Source: an uncultured Lachnospiraceae bacterium (GTDB taxonomy: Bacteria; Bacillota; Clostridia; Lachnospirales; Lachnospiraceae). From it: a stretch of 33,190 bases of DNA. Made by a program: the position numbers and the translations under genes. The notes under the pieces were generated by a model. The model worked only from the letters and a program-made list of their open reading frames with translations, was not told the DNA's origin and did not search any database. Of this stretch, positions 8,191-16,645 are shown in pieces (within the stretch, counting starts at the first letter, position 1; each line of letters starts with the position of its first letter). The stretch is from NCBI GenBank assembly GCA_902797015.1, contig CADBRG010000216.1, positions 1-33,190 on the forward strand, given 5' to 3'.

Positions 8191-8318
8191 ATGAATAAAC
8201 ATACAGCAGGGCAGATCGCGTGATCTGCCCTGTTTTAAGGTATCGGAATGGGTAAAAATCTTCCCACAAGAGTCTCTGCTTTTTATATTTTGCTATGTAA
8301 ATCTGCTTCGTGTTATGT
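8191..8318. repeat. 128-bp direct repeat, copy 2
   Basis: 124/128 identical to 6689-6816. AATCTTCCCACA at 8257-8268. Confidence 0.95.
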
Positions 8319-8426
8319 TGTGTTACCATGGCGCGCAAAGCCAGTGTTCATGCGGGTTTGAGATACATGAAAAGGGACGAAATAACAGTTTGTAAACCCT
8401 CGTAAAAACGCCAAAGGTCCACTATT

Positions 8427-8455
8427 TGTCCATGGTTCGAGTCCCTGAAGGTGTA
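8427..8455 (+). mobile_element. att-core-like degenerate copy of a tRNA 3' end (T-arm plus acceptor strand; possibly tRNA-Lys)
   Basis: tgtcCATGG-TTCGAGT-CCCTGaaggtgta: canonical T-loop, with a T-stem carrying one mismatch. No D-arm or anticodon arm upstream. Confidence 0.65.
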
Positions 8456-8460
8456 TCTCA

Positions 8461-8510
8461 AAATGTCGTGGATTCGCTTGTATAGCGGGTTTGCGGCGTT
8501 TTTTGTTTTT
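8461..8510 (+). terminator. Long G:U-rich hairpin followed by a T tract
   Basis: aaaatgtcgtggattcgc-ttgtata-gcgggtttgcggcgtttt pairs over 18 bp when G:U is allowed, followed by tttgttttt. Confidence 0.6.
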
Positions 8511-8531
8511 CGGAAAAAGTCTCAAAACCTG

Positions 8532-8565
8532 AATCTTCCCACAAATCTTCCCACATCTTCCTGCA
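8532..8565. repeat. Tandem 12-bp repeats resembling tyrosine-integrase arm-type sites
   Basis: AATCTTCCCACA x2 (8532-8543, 8544-8555) plus degenerate TCTTCCTGCA. The same 12-mer occurs in both 128-bp repeats. Confidence 0.75.
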
Positions 8566-8615
8566 AAACCTATTCATTTCAATGATTTGATAATAGTGCT
8601 TCTGATATATGTGTA

Positions 8616-8624
8616 TGGTATAAT
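8616..8624 (+). promoter_or_regulatory. Extended -10 promoter element
   Basis: TGgTATAAT about 40 bp upstream of ATG 8663; RBS aagga. Confidence 0.5.
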
Positions 8625-8662
8625 AGAATATCAAATTTTAAGATGTAGAAAGGATTTGAAAA

Positions 8663-9088
8663 ATGAAGCGAGTTCGTCTTGTCCGGAATATTCTGAATCG
8701 GACCTATTTTTTAAGGATCATGCTGGTCTTTCTGGCGTTCATGGTCTTTTGCTCCGTGTTTTTCTGGCTGTATGAGCCCTCGATCCAAACAATGCATGAT
8801 GGTGTCTGGTATGTATATACCGTCGTGACGACGATCGGATTCGGTGATGTTTTGGTAGAGACGCTGCCGTCGCGTGTCCTTTCGATCCTTTTGTCGATTT
8901 TTTCGCATTTTTCACTGGCATTGATCACAGGTCTTGTCTTAACCTTTTTCAATGAATTGAATGCGATGCGTCACAAAGACACGCTTTCCGCTTTTATTGA
9001 AAAGCTGAAACATCTGCCGGAGCTGTCAAAGGAAGAACTGGAAGAGATTTCAGAGAAAGTGAAAATGTATGAAGAGAGACGATCATAA
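8663..9088 (+). CDS. Two-TM potassium channel family protein (Ion_trans_2, KcsA-like)
   Basis: Selectivity filter TTIGFGD between two TM helices; short cytoplasmic tail. Confidence 0.88.
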   Translation: MKRVRLVRNILNRTYFLRIMLVFLAFMVFCSVFFWLYEPSIQTMHDGVWYVYTVVTTIGFGDVLVETLPSRVLSILLSIFSHFSLALITGLVLTFFNELNAMRHKDTLSAFIEKLKHLPELSKEELEEISEKVKMYEERRS

Positions 9089-9106
9089 TGGTCGGGTATA
9101 AATGAA

Positions 9107-11677
9107 ATGAAAATGGCTTTTAAAATATTTCTTCGGGACTTAAGGCGTCTGAGAAAAAACTTCATAGCAATGGTTGTATTTGTCGGAATCTGTGTCATTC
9201 CGTCCTTATATGCTCTGTTTATTGTATATGCCAACATGGATCCGTATGCAAATACCGGCAACATTCAGGTGGCAGTTGTCAATATGGATGCCGGTGTGAC
9301 GGATGAGCGGGTTGGATATCTGGATGCCGGGGATGCGGTTGAAGAGAAACTAAGAGACAATGATCAGCTTGGATGGGTGTTTACGGAAGAAGATCAGGCG
9401 ATCGAAGGGGTGAAAGCAGGGGATTATTATGCGGCGATCATCATCCCGGAGTCGTTTAGTGCAGATTTGGTCAGTGTATTTTCAAGCGACATCCGCCAGC
9501 CGGAGATCGTCTTTTATTCCAATGAGAAAAAGAATACGATAGCGCCAAAGATCACGGGGACCGGTGTATCAACGCTGCAGCAGGGGATCAATGATGAGTT
9601 TGTCGGAACGGTTTCGGAAACCGCCGCGTCGCTCCTGCAGGATAAGATCAGGGAAGTGGACGGAGATCTTGAAACTTCGTCTGCCAAATTGAGAGAAAGC
9701 ATCCGAAAAACAGAGGAGCAGGCGGAAGCATTTGAGGCTCTTGTGCAGGATTTCCATGCGCTGATCCCGAAAGCGGACCGTGTGGTGCAGGATGGAAAGG
9801 ATGACCTCGCACTGGCAGGAGAAGCCCTTGAAAATGCAAAAGAAAACGGTCAGAAAATTGAGACGAAGATAACAGCAGACTGGGAAAGCATTAACGATTT
9901 TTCCACAAAGATGCGGTCGGGAATCTCAGATGCCGGCCAGAAGCTGTCTGATCTGAATGTTGCCGCGGGAGCGGATATCGGCACGATCAACAGCAAGGTC
10001 AGCGAACTGGATGATGCATTTAATCGGAAGGCGGATCCGATCGTTTCGAGAGTGAAGGCGATCCAGGAAGAGAATGCGCAGATCATCGATCTTTTGACAG
10101 AGCTGGATGAAGCACTTCTGGATACCGGCCCGGGGAACGGCACGGTTCATGATGTTCTGGAAGACTTAAAGGAAGATAATGAGCGGCATGCACAGATCTT
10201 ATCGCTGCTTGAATCGGCATCCGCCGGGGCACGGGATCTGTATTCGTCATCATCTGCGGCGTATTCAGCTCTGAATGGCGATATTACAGACGGTCAGAGC
10301 AAGCTGCAGTCTGCTTTGAACGATTTTGATACGTCCGTGATGACAGATGCCGGGGCTGCGTTCGGGCAGGTTTCAGCGGCATCGGGAAATCTGCAGGGAC
10401 TGATGGAGACTGCACAGACAGATCTGATATCCCTTGCGGGACTTCTGGATGATCTGGATGGGATCCTGCATGATACGGATGCAGCATTGGCAGATACGCA
10501 GGAAGTGCTGGATCAGATTCAGGCTCAGCTCAGTCAGGCAGAGGCAGACTTAAACGCGATTGAAAGCATGCAGGTATATACGGACCTGAAATCGGCAGCC
10601 GGCGATATCGATGCCGAACAGGTCGGCCGTTTCATGTCTTCGCCGGTTACGATCGAGCGGGAGGCGCTGTATCCGGTCGCAAACTACGGAACCGGAATGA
10701 CGCCGTTTTTCACCAATCTTGCGATCTGGATCGGCGGTATTGTGCTGATCAATGTCTATAAAACAGAAGTGGATGAGGATGAGAAACTGCATGGATTCAG
10801 CATCACGCAGGCGTACCTTGGCAGATGGCTTTTGTTTGTGGTGACCGGATTGATCCAGGCTGTGATCGTGTGCGCGGGAGATCTCCTTTTGCTAGGGATC
10901 CAGTGCGAAAGACCGGGGCTGTTTGTTTTGAGCGGCCTGTGGACATCCTTCATCTATATGAATATCATTTATGCGCTTGCGATCACCTTTAAACATATTG
11001 GAAAAGCGCTGAGTGTCCTGCTGATCATACTTCAGATCCCGGGTGCTTCCGGTACGTATCCGATTGAACTGACACCACTGTTTTTCCGGAATCTGCATCC
11101 GTTTTTGCCGTTTACCTATGGGATCAACGCAATGCGGGAAGCGATCGCGGGGGTTTATCCGTATCACTACATGCAGAACATGTTAATGCTTCTGATCGTC
11201 CTTCCTGCCGCACTGGTCATCGGCCTGGCGCTGCGGCCGCTGTGTTTGAATCTGAATCATATGGTTGATAAGAGACTGGTGGAATCAGATCTTATGGCAT
11301 GTGAGCATATCGAGCGCCGTAAGGAACGCAAGAACCTGATCATGGGTGCGCGGATTCTGCTGGCGGATCAGGAGATGAGAGCGCGGATCAAAAAACGGAT
11401 CGACCGTTTTGAACAAAGATACCAGAAGACCGTGAGAAGATCCTTTTTGCTGATCGTGATCATACCGGCTGTCTTTTTGATCCTGATGTTTTTGATTCCT
11501 GCGAAACTGGTATTCCTGACGCTGTGGATCGTTTCGATGCTGGCGGTGGTCCTGTTCCTGATCATTATGGAATACTTCAGAGATCATCTTGACCGGCAGA
11601 AGCGGATTTCAGAGATGACACAGGATGAATTGATTGAAAGCATTCGGTCGAAGAATAAGGAGCATGGAGAATCATGA
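9107..11677 (+). CDS. YhgE/Pip family membrane protein (phage infection protein-like)
   Basis: N-terminal TM plus DPYANT..VAVVNMD, YYAAIIIPESFS, NEKKNTIAPKIT; long coiled coil; NYGTGMTPFF and a C-terminal TM bundle; extra 2-TM tail. Confidence 0.92.
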   Translation: MKMAFKIFLRDLRRLRKNFIAMVVFVGICVIPSLYALFIVYANMDPYANTGNIQVAVVNMDAGVTDERVGYLDAGDAVEEKLRDNDQLGWVFTEEDQAIEGVKAGDYYAAIIIPESFSADLVSVFSSDIRQPEIVFYSNEKKNTIAPKITGTGVSTLQQGINDEFVGTVSETAASLLQDKIREVDGDLETSSAKLRESIRKTEEQAEAFEALVQDFHALIPKADRVVQDGKDDLALAGEALENAKENGQKIETKITADWESINDFSTKMRSGISDAGQKLSDLNVAAGADIGTINSKVSELDDAFNRKADPIVSRVKAIQEENAQIIDLLTELDEALLDTGPGNGTVHDVLEDLKEDNERHAQILSLLESASAGARDLYSSSSAAYSALNGDITDGQSKLQSALNDFDTSVMTDAGAAFGQVSAASGNLQGLMETAQTDLISLAGLLDDLDGILHDTDAALADTQEVLDQIQAQLSQAEADLNAIESMQVYTDLKSAAGDIDAEQVGRFMSSPVTIEREALYPVANYGTGMTPFFTNLAIWIGGIVLINVYKTEVDEDEKLHGFSITQAYLGRWLLFVVTGLIQAVIVCAGDLLLLGIQCERPGLFVLSGLWTSFIYMNIIYALAITFKHIGKALSVLLIILQIPGASGTYPIELTPLFFRNLHPFLPFTYGINAMREAIAGVYPYHYMQNMLMLLIVLPAALVIGLALRPLCLNLNHMVDKRLVESDLMACEHIERRKERKNLIMGARILLADQEMRARIKKRIDRFEQRYQKTVRRSFLLIVIIPAVFLILMFLIPAKLVFLTLWIVSMLAVVLFLIIMEYFRDHLDRQKRISEMTQDELIESIRSKNKEHGES

Positions 11678-13875
11678 AAAACATAATGCGGATTTTTACG
11701 GATGATCTGAAGCATATCCGTTATAATGTGATCGCACTGATCATGGTCCTTGGTATATCGATCATTCCTTCTTTATATGCCTGGTTCAATATTGCGGCCA
11801 GCTGGGATCCATATGGGAATACCGAAAATCTGAAAATCGCAGTCGCGAATGCAGATGAAGGGTATCAGGGCGATTTTTTGCCGATGGAAATCAATGTCGG
11901 GGAAAAGATCGTTGGCGCATTACGGGAAAATGAAGATATGGACTGGGTCTTTACGTCTGAAAAAAAGGCGGTAGAAGGGACCAGATCCGGAGAATATTAT
12001 GCTGCCATTGTGATTACAGAAGATTTCAGCAAGGATATGCTGAGTCTGTTTTCGGAAGAGGAAACGAAGCCGGTCATACGATATTATTCCAATGAAAAGG
12101 AAAATGCGATCGCGCCGAAGGTGACAGATATTGCGGCCAATACCGTGCAGCAGCAGATCGATGAGGTTTTTGCCAAAACCGCATATGAAGTGATCTTAAG
12201 TGTTTTTGACGATTTTTCCACAGTCCTTGAAGAAGGAAATGCGGATGCATTTCTGGAGGAGTTAAACGCCCGGTTAAATACGATGGAGGGAACGCTGTCA
12301 TCATCGGCAGACACGATCGATGCCTTTGCAGGACTGACAGAATCTCTGCAGGGTGTGATGGATGCAACATCAGCAATGTTCTCGCAGACGGATCAGGCCG
12401 AAGAAAAGAGCAGTGAAAAGATATCCGATGCAGCGGGAGATGTAGAAGATATTGCGGCTTCCATCGATACGGTTTCCGATCGGATCAGTGGGGTATTGTC
12501 GGATGGCGTCAGCGCATACTCGACGGTAAAGACGCAGATCAGTGACAGTTTCGGTGCGATGTCTTCTGACCGGGCTGACCTGTCAGAGGAACTGAACGGC
12601 ATGGCAGATCAGGTCCAGACTTTGATCGACCGGTATGAAGAATGGAAGGCAGATCTCGAAGACTTGTCAGATGCGCTTCCGGCTGAAGAAACGCTGATTC
12701 GCGGAAGCATCCAGAGAGTGATCACCAAGTTGGACAGTGTGATCGGAAAGCAGCAGGCCCTGCATGATAAACTGACGCGTGCAGACGAATTGCTGTCGGA
12801 TATCAGTACAGACATTTCGACTTATCAGGCAGAGCTGGATGAGGCTGTTTCACAATGTCAGGAAAGCCTCACAGCAGTGCAGACCGAATTTGACACCAGT
12901 CTGAAAACAGATCTGGGCGATCTGGCAGACATGCTGTCTGCGGCAGGCACTGATGCCGAAAAGATCCAGTCCGCTATTGATCAGACGATGCAGGATTCCG
13001 ATACACTGCTGACTTCCGCAGACGGAACCCTTGATCAGATCTACAAAACGCTGACGGATTCTGCCGGTGAGATCCGGAATGCTTCTGAGCAGCTGGGGGC
13101 CTGGTCAGACGAAATCAAAAGGGCAGTAGATTCCGATGATGTCAGAGCGCTGGAAGGCCTGCTGACCAAAGATCCGGAATTACTGGCTTCTCTGTGGGCT
13201 TCACCTGTAAATGTGGATACGAATCTGGTTTATGAAGTGGCAAATACCGGATCCTCTATGGCACCGTATTACCTTGCGATGTCCATCTGGGTGGGCGGTG
13301 TCATTATGGTGGCCATGATGAAAGTACGGGTCTCTGATGAAAAGGTCAAAGCGCTGTCAGAAAACGGAAAGGTTCGTCATGCAGAGCTGTATTTCGGAAG
13401 ATTTCTGATTTTCCTGCTTCTGGGGCTGATCCAGACAACGATCGTTTGCCTGGGATGCCTGTACTTCCTGCAGATTCAGTGTCTGCATCCGCTGCTGTTT
13501 ATGCTGGCAGGATGGGTTTCGAGTTTTATATTTGTATTCATCAGCTACACTTTGACGCTTTCGTTCGGAAATGCAGGAAAAGCAGCAGCCGTGATCCTTC
13601 TGGTTATTCAGGTGGCGGGATCAGGCGGATCGTTCCCGATCGAGGTGGCGCCTGATGTATATCAAAAGCTGTACCCGCTTCTGCCGTTTGTCCATACGAT
13701 GGATGCCATGCGGGAGAGTATTGCCGGAATGTATCAGAACACATACTGGCTGGAGATCAGGAATCTGTTGCTGTACCTGATCCCGGTGTTGATCCTTGGT
13801 CTGATCCTGCGTCGGCCGATCATCAAAATGAATCGATATATCGAAGAAAAAGTAGAAGAAGTCAAGTTTATGTAA
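11674..13875 (+). CDS. YhgE/Pip family membrane protein
   Basis: SWDPYGNT, YYAAIVI, NEKENAIAPKVT, coiled coil, GSSMAPYY, QVAGSGGSFPIE. ATGA overlap with the previous gene. Confidence 0.92.
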   Translation: MKNIMRIFTDDLKHIRYNVIALIMVLGISIIPSLYAWFNIAASWDPYGNTENLKIAVANADEGYQGDFLPMEINVGEKIVGALRENEDMDWVFTSEKKAVEGTRSGEYYAAIVITEDFSKDMLSLFSEEETKPVIRYYSNEKENAIAPKVTDIAANTVQQQIDEVFAKTAYEVILSVFDDFSTVLEEGNADAFLEELNARLNTMEGTLSSSADTIDAFAGLTESLQGVMDATSAMFSQTDQAEEKSSEKISDAAGDVEDIAASIDTVSDRISGVLSDGVSAYSTVKTQISDSFGAMSSDRADLSEELNGMADQVQTLIDRYEEWKADLEDLSDALPAEETLIRGSIQRVITKLDSVIGKQQALHDKLTRADELLSDISTDISTYQAELDEAVSQCQESLTAVQTEFDTSLKTDLGDLADMLSAAGTDAEKIQSAIDQTMQDSDTLLTSADGTLDQIYKTLTDSAGEIRNASEQLGAWSDEIKRAVDSDDVRALEGLLTKDPELLASLWASPVNVDTNLVYEVANTGSSMAPYYLAMSIWVGGVIMVAMMKVRVSDEKVKALSENGKVRHAELYFGRFLIFLLLGLIQTTIVCLGCLYFLQIQCLHPLLFMLAGWVSSFIFVFISYTLTLSFGNAGKAAAVILLVIQVAGSGGSFPIEVAPDVYQKLYPLLPFVHTMDAMRESIAGMYQNTYWLEIRNLLLYLIPVLILGLILRRPIIKMNRYIEEKVEEVKFM

Positions 13876-13883
13876 TATAAAGA

Positions 13884-13915
13884 GGGGCAGGCACCTTCGC
13901 GAAGGTGCCTGCCCC
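13884..13915. terminator. Perfect 32-bp palindrome, probable bidirectional terminator
   Basis: ggggcaggcaccttcg|cgaaggtgcctgcccc between convergent ORFs. Confidence 0.75.
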
Positions 13916-13933
13916 CTTGCTGATCAGTGGCAA

Positions 13934-14281
13934 TTAATTATCATATAATGCATGCCAACGTTCGGCATCGACAGTCATGTTGTCAAACATGGCTTGAACC
14001 ATTTTTTCGACTTCCGGATCGTCAACACTCCGGAAATCTAAGACGAGTGCAACGCCGTCCTTCTCAGCATATCCCCACCAGCGGTTATCCTTGTGCCATA
14101 TAACGCAGTCAAGTCCGCCAATCGTCATGTTTTCAAATTCTCTGTCCGGGAAGCTTTCGTGTTCTTTTGCTGCCTGCTCCTCTGCCGTGATCGAGGTGGA
14201 GTAGATCGGATGGATTTCTGCACTGCCCAGGATGTCGCCATATTTCAGTTCGGCATAAATGTTGCCGTTTCGTTCTGTCAT
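13934..14281 (-). CDS. Hypothetical protein, possibly a 5'-truncated remnant
   Basis: 115-aa ORF with protein-like composition, ending at the palindrome. No clear RBS; the frame is open only 13 codons further upstream. Confidence 0.5.
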   Translation of the reverse strand: MTERNGNIYAELKYGDILGSAEIHPIYSTSITAEEQAAKEHESFPDREFENMTIGGLDCVIWHKDNRWWGYAEKDGVALVLDFRSVDDPEVEKMVQAMFDNMTVDAERWHALYDN

Positions 14282-14402
14282 TTCTGCAGTGCCGCCTATT
14301 CCATTTTGTGATGGATTGGGTTAAGATAGAAATAGCGTAGTTTTATAAAAGCTCATTTTGACATTGACACAATTCTTAACCAGTAAAGGAGAGATGACCA
14401 CC

Positions 14403-15347
14403 ATGAAAGTAGCAGTTATTGAACCATTGGGTATCCCGCAGGAAACAGCACTCGCGATCGCAAAGGAAAAGCTCGGTGACCGCGCTGAGATCGTTTATTA
14501 TGACACCGTGACAAAGGATCCCGCGGAGCAGATCGCGCGTGGCAAGGATGCAGATGTCGTGATCGATACAAACATTCCGCTCAGTGATGAAACGATCCGC
14601 GGATTTGAAAAATGCAAGCTTTTGGATATCGCGTTTACCGGTGTGGATCATGTGGCGATGGATACCTGCAAGGAGCTTGGAATCATGGTTAATAACTGTG
14701 CCGGCTATTCGACGGCATGTGTGTCTGATCTCGTGTTTGGCATGCTGATCTCTCTGATGCGAAATATCGCGGCATGTGATACCGCGACAAGAAACGGCGG
14801 AACACTGGCAGGTCTGATCGGAAACGAGCTGGAAGGAAAGCGATTTGGCGTGATCGGTACAGGTGCGATCGGTACGCGTGTTGCAAAGATCGCTGACGCG
14901 TTCGGTTGTGAAGTGGTCGCTTACAGTCGCACGGTAAAAGACATCCCGTATATCAAATATATGGATCTTGATGAAGTGATGAAAACATCTGACATCATTT
15001 CTTTGCATATGCCAAATAATGCAGAGACAAAAGGCATGATCAGCGCGGAGAAGATCGCGATGATGAAGAAAAATGCGATCCTTGTGAACCTTGCGCGCGG
15101 ACCGGTGCTTGACAGCCAGGCGCTGGCAGATGCATTGAACGAAGAGCGTATCGCAGGCGCATGCATTGATGTATTTGAGATGGAGCCGCCGATCCCGGCA
15201 GATCATCCGCTTCTGAATTCAAAAAACACACTGGTGACACCGCATGTGGCATTTGCTTCCAAGGAAGCGATGATCAAGCGTGCGCACATCGTGTTTGAAA
15301 ATGTGGCAGCGTTTATGGACGGCAAGCCGCAGAATGTGATGCAGTAG
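14403..15347 (+). CDS. D-isomer-specific 2-hydroxyacid dehydrogenase
   Basis: GVIGTGAIG Rossmann motif, NLARG, DVFEMEP, TPHVAF; RBS aaggag. Confidence 0.93.
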   Translation: MKVAVIEPLGIPQETALAIAKEKLGDRAEIVYYDTVTKDPAEQIARGKDADVVIDTNIPLSDETIRGFEKCKLLDIAFTGVDHVAMDTCKELGIMVNNCAGYSTACVSDLVFGMLISLMRNIAACDTATRNGGTLAGLIGNELEGKRFGVIGTGAIGTRVAKIADAFGCEVVAYSRTVKDIPYIKYMDLDEVMKTSDIISLHMPNNAETKGMISAEKIAMMKKNAILVNLARGPVLDSQALADALNEERIAGACIDVFEMEPPIPADHPLLNSKNTLVTPHVAFASKEAMIKRAHIVFENVAAFMDGKPQNVMQ

Positions 15348-15355
15348 AAAGAACA

Positions 15356-16645
15356 ATGGAAGAATACAAGCAGGTTGGAAAAGAAAAATTACGAATGGGT
15401 TACACAACGGGCTCCTGTGCGGCGGCGGCTTCAAAGGCCGCCGTACAGATGCTTTTTTTAGGTGCGCCCATTGAGCGGGTCAGTCTGATGACACCAAAAG
15501 GGATTGCGCTGGACCTGAAGGTGGAGGAGATCTGTTTTGACGGAAAAACAAGCGTCTCCTGTGCGATCCGCAAGGATTCCGGGGATGACCCGGATGTGAC
15601 GAACGGCGTGTTGGTGTATTCGAAGGTCAGCCTGCGGGATGTAGATGACGTAGTGGCCGGAGCCGGGGGCGCATCGCAGATGGCAGAGGCGGCCGGACAG
15701 GCTGACGGCGAAAAAATCCACATCGATGGCGGCGTGGGCATCGGACGTGTCACAAAGAAAGGCCTTGAGCAGCCGGTCGGCAGCGCAGCGATCAATTCCG
15801 TGCCGCGCCGGATGATCCGCGAAGCAGTGGAAGAGATCTGTGAAGAGCAGGAATATGACGGCTGTCTGGATGTATTGATCTCCATTCCGGCGGGGGTCGA
15901 GCTCGCAAAGAAAACGTTTAACCCAAACCTGGGAATCGAGGGCGGCATTTCCGTGCTCGGAACCAGTGGAATCGTCGAGCCGATGAGCGAGGCTGCCTTA
16001 AAAGAAAGCATTCGTGTCGAATTAAATATGCTGGCGGAAAATTTCGGGAAACACCTGATCTTTTCGCCTGGTAATTACGGGACGCATTATGTGCAGAACC
16101 GCTGGCCGGAGTTTGCCGAGGGCGATATTCCGCTTTTGAAATTCAGCAACTATGTCGGGGAGACATTGCAGTTTGCACTGGGTGCGGAGCTCAGATCGAT
16201 CTTGTTTGTGGCGCACATCGGCAAGTTTGTGAAGGTCGCAGCAGGAATCATGAATACGCATTCGAAAGAGGCAGACGCCAGAGTCGAGATCATGGCATCG
16301 GCGGCGCTTCGTGCAGGCGCGTCGGCTGAAGTGGCACTTCGGATTCTGGATTGCACGACGACCGATGCGGCGATCGAAGTGCTGCTGGCTGAGGACGGGC
16401 GTGATACGGCATCGGAGGCGTCGCAGGCAGAGGATGGTTCGCTTCTGGCCGGACCGGATACCCTTACAGGTAAGACCATGCAGATTCTTCTGGAGAAAGT
16501 GCTGTATCATCTGAACCGAAAACTGGGAGATGATGTCGAGGTTGGCCTCGTGCTGTTCTCCAATACGTATGGAACGCTGGCAGAGTCAGAGAATGTGGAG
16601 GCGCTGCTGGAGAAGATTAGAAGTCATAGCAAGGCAGATGATTGA
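15356..16645 (+). CDS. cbiD: Cobalt-precorrin-5B C1-methyltransferase
   Basis: LRMGYTTGSCAAAA, KDSGDDPDVTNG, TFNPNLGIEGGISVLGTSGIVEPMS, GIMNTHS. Confidence 0.96.
   Translation: MEEYKQVGKEKLRMGYTTGSCAAAASKAAVQMLFLGAPIERVSLMTPKGIALDLKVEEICFDGKTSVSCAIRKDSGDDPDVTNGVLVYSKVSLRDVDDVVAGAGGASQMAEAAGQADGEKIHIDGGVGIGRVTKKGLEQPVGSAAINSVPRRMIREAVEEICEEQEYDGCLDVLISIPAGVELAKKTFNPNLGIEGGISVLGTSGIVEPMSEAALKESIRVELNMLAENFGKHLIFSPGNYGTHYVQNRWPEFAEGDIPLLKFSNYVGETLQFALGAELRSILFVAHIGKFVKVAAGIMNTHSKEADARVEIMASAALRAGASAEVALRILDCTTTDAAIEVLLAEDGRDTASEASQAEDGSLLAGPDTLTGKTMQILLEKVLYHLNRKLGDDVEVGLVLFSNTYGTLAESENVEALLEKIRSHSKADD

Noticed and set aside
6689-8318. Composite transposon or LTR-like element
   Set aside because: The repeats are only 128 bp, encode no transposase, and lack terminal inverted repeats or an evident target duplication.
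8380-8460. Complete tRNA gene
   Set aside because: Only a T-arm and 3' acceptor strand are present; there is no D-arm, anticodon arm or complementary 5' strand. Treated as an att scar.
9107-13875. Type VII secretion locus delivering the nearby toxin
   Set aside because: No EssC/FtsK, WXG100 or LXG genes are present, and the toxin lacks an LXG/WXG domain.
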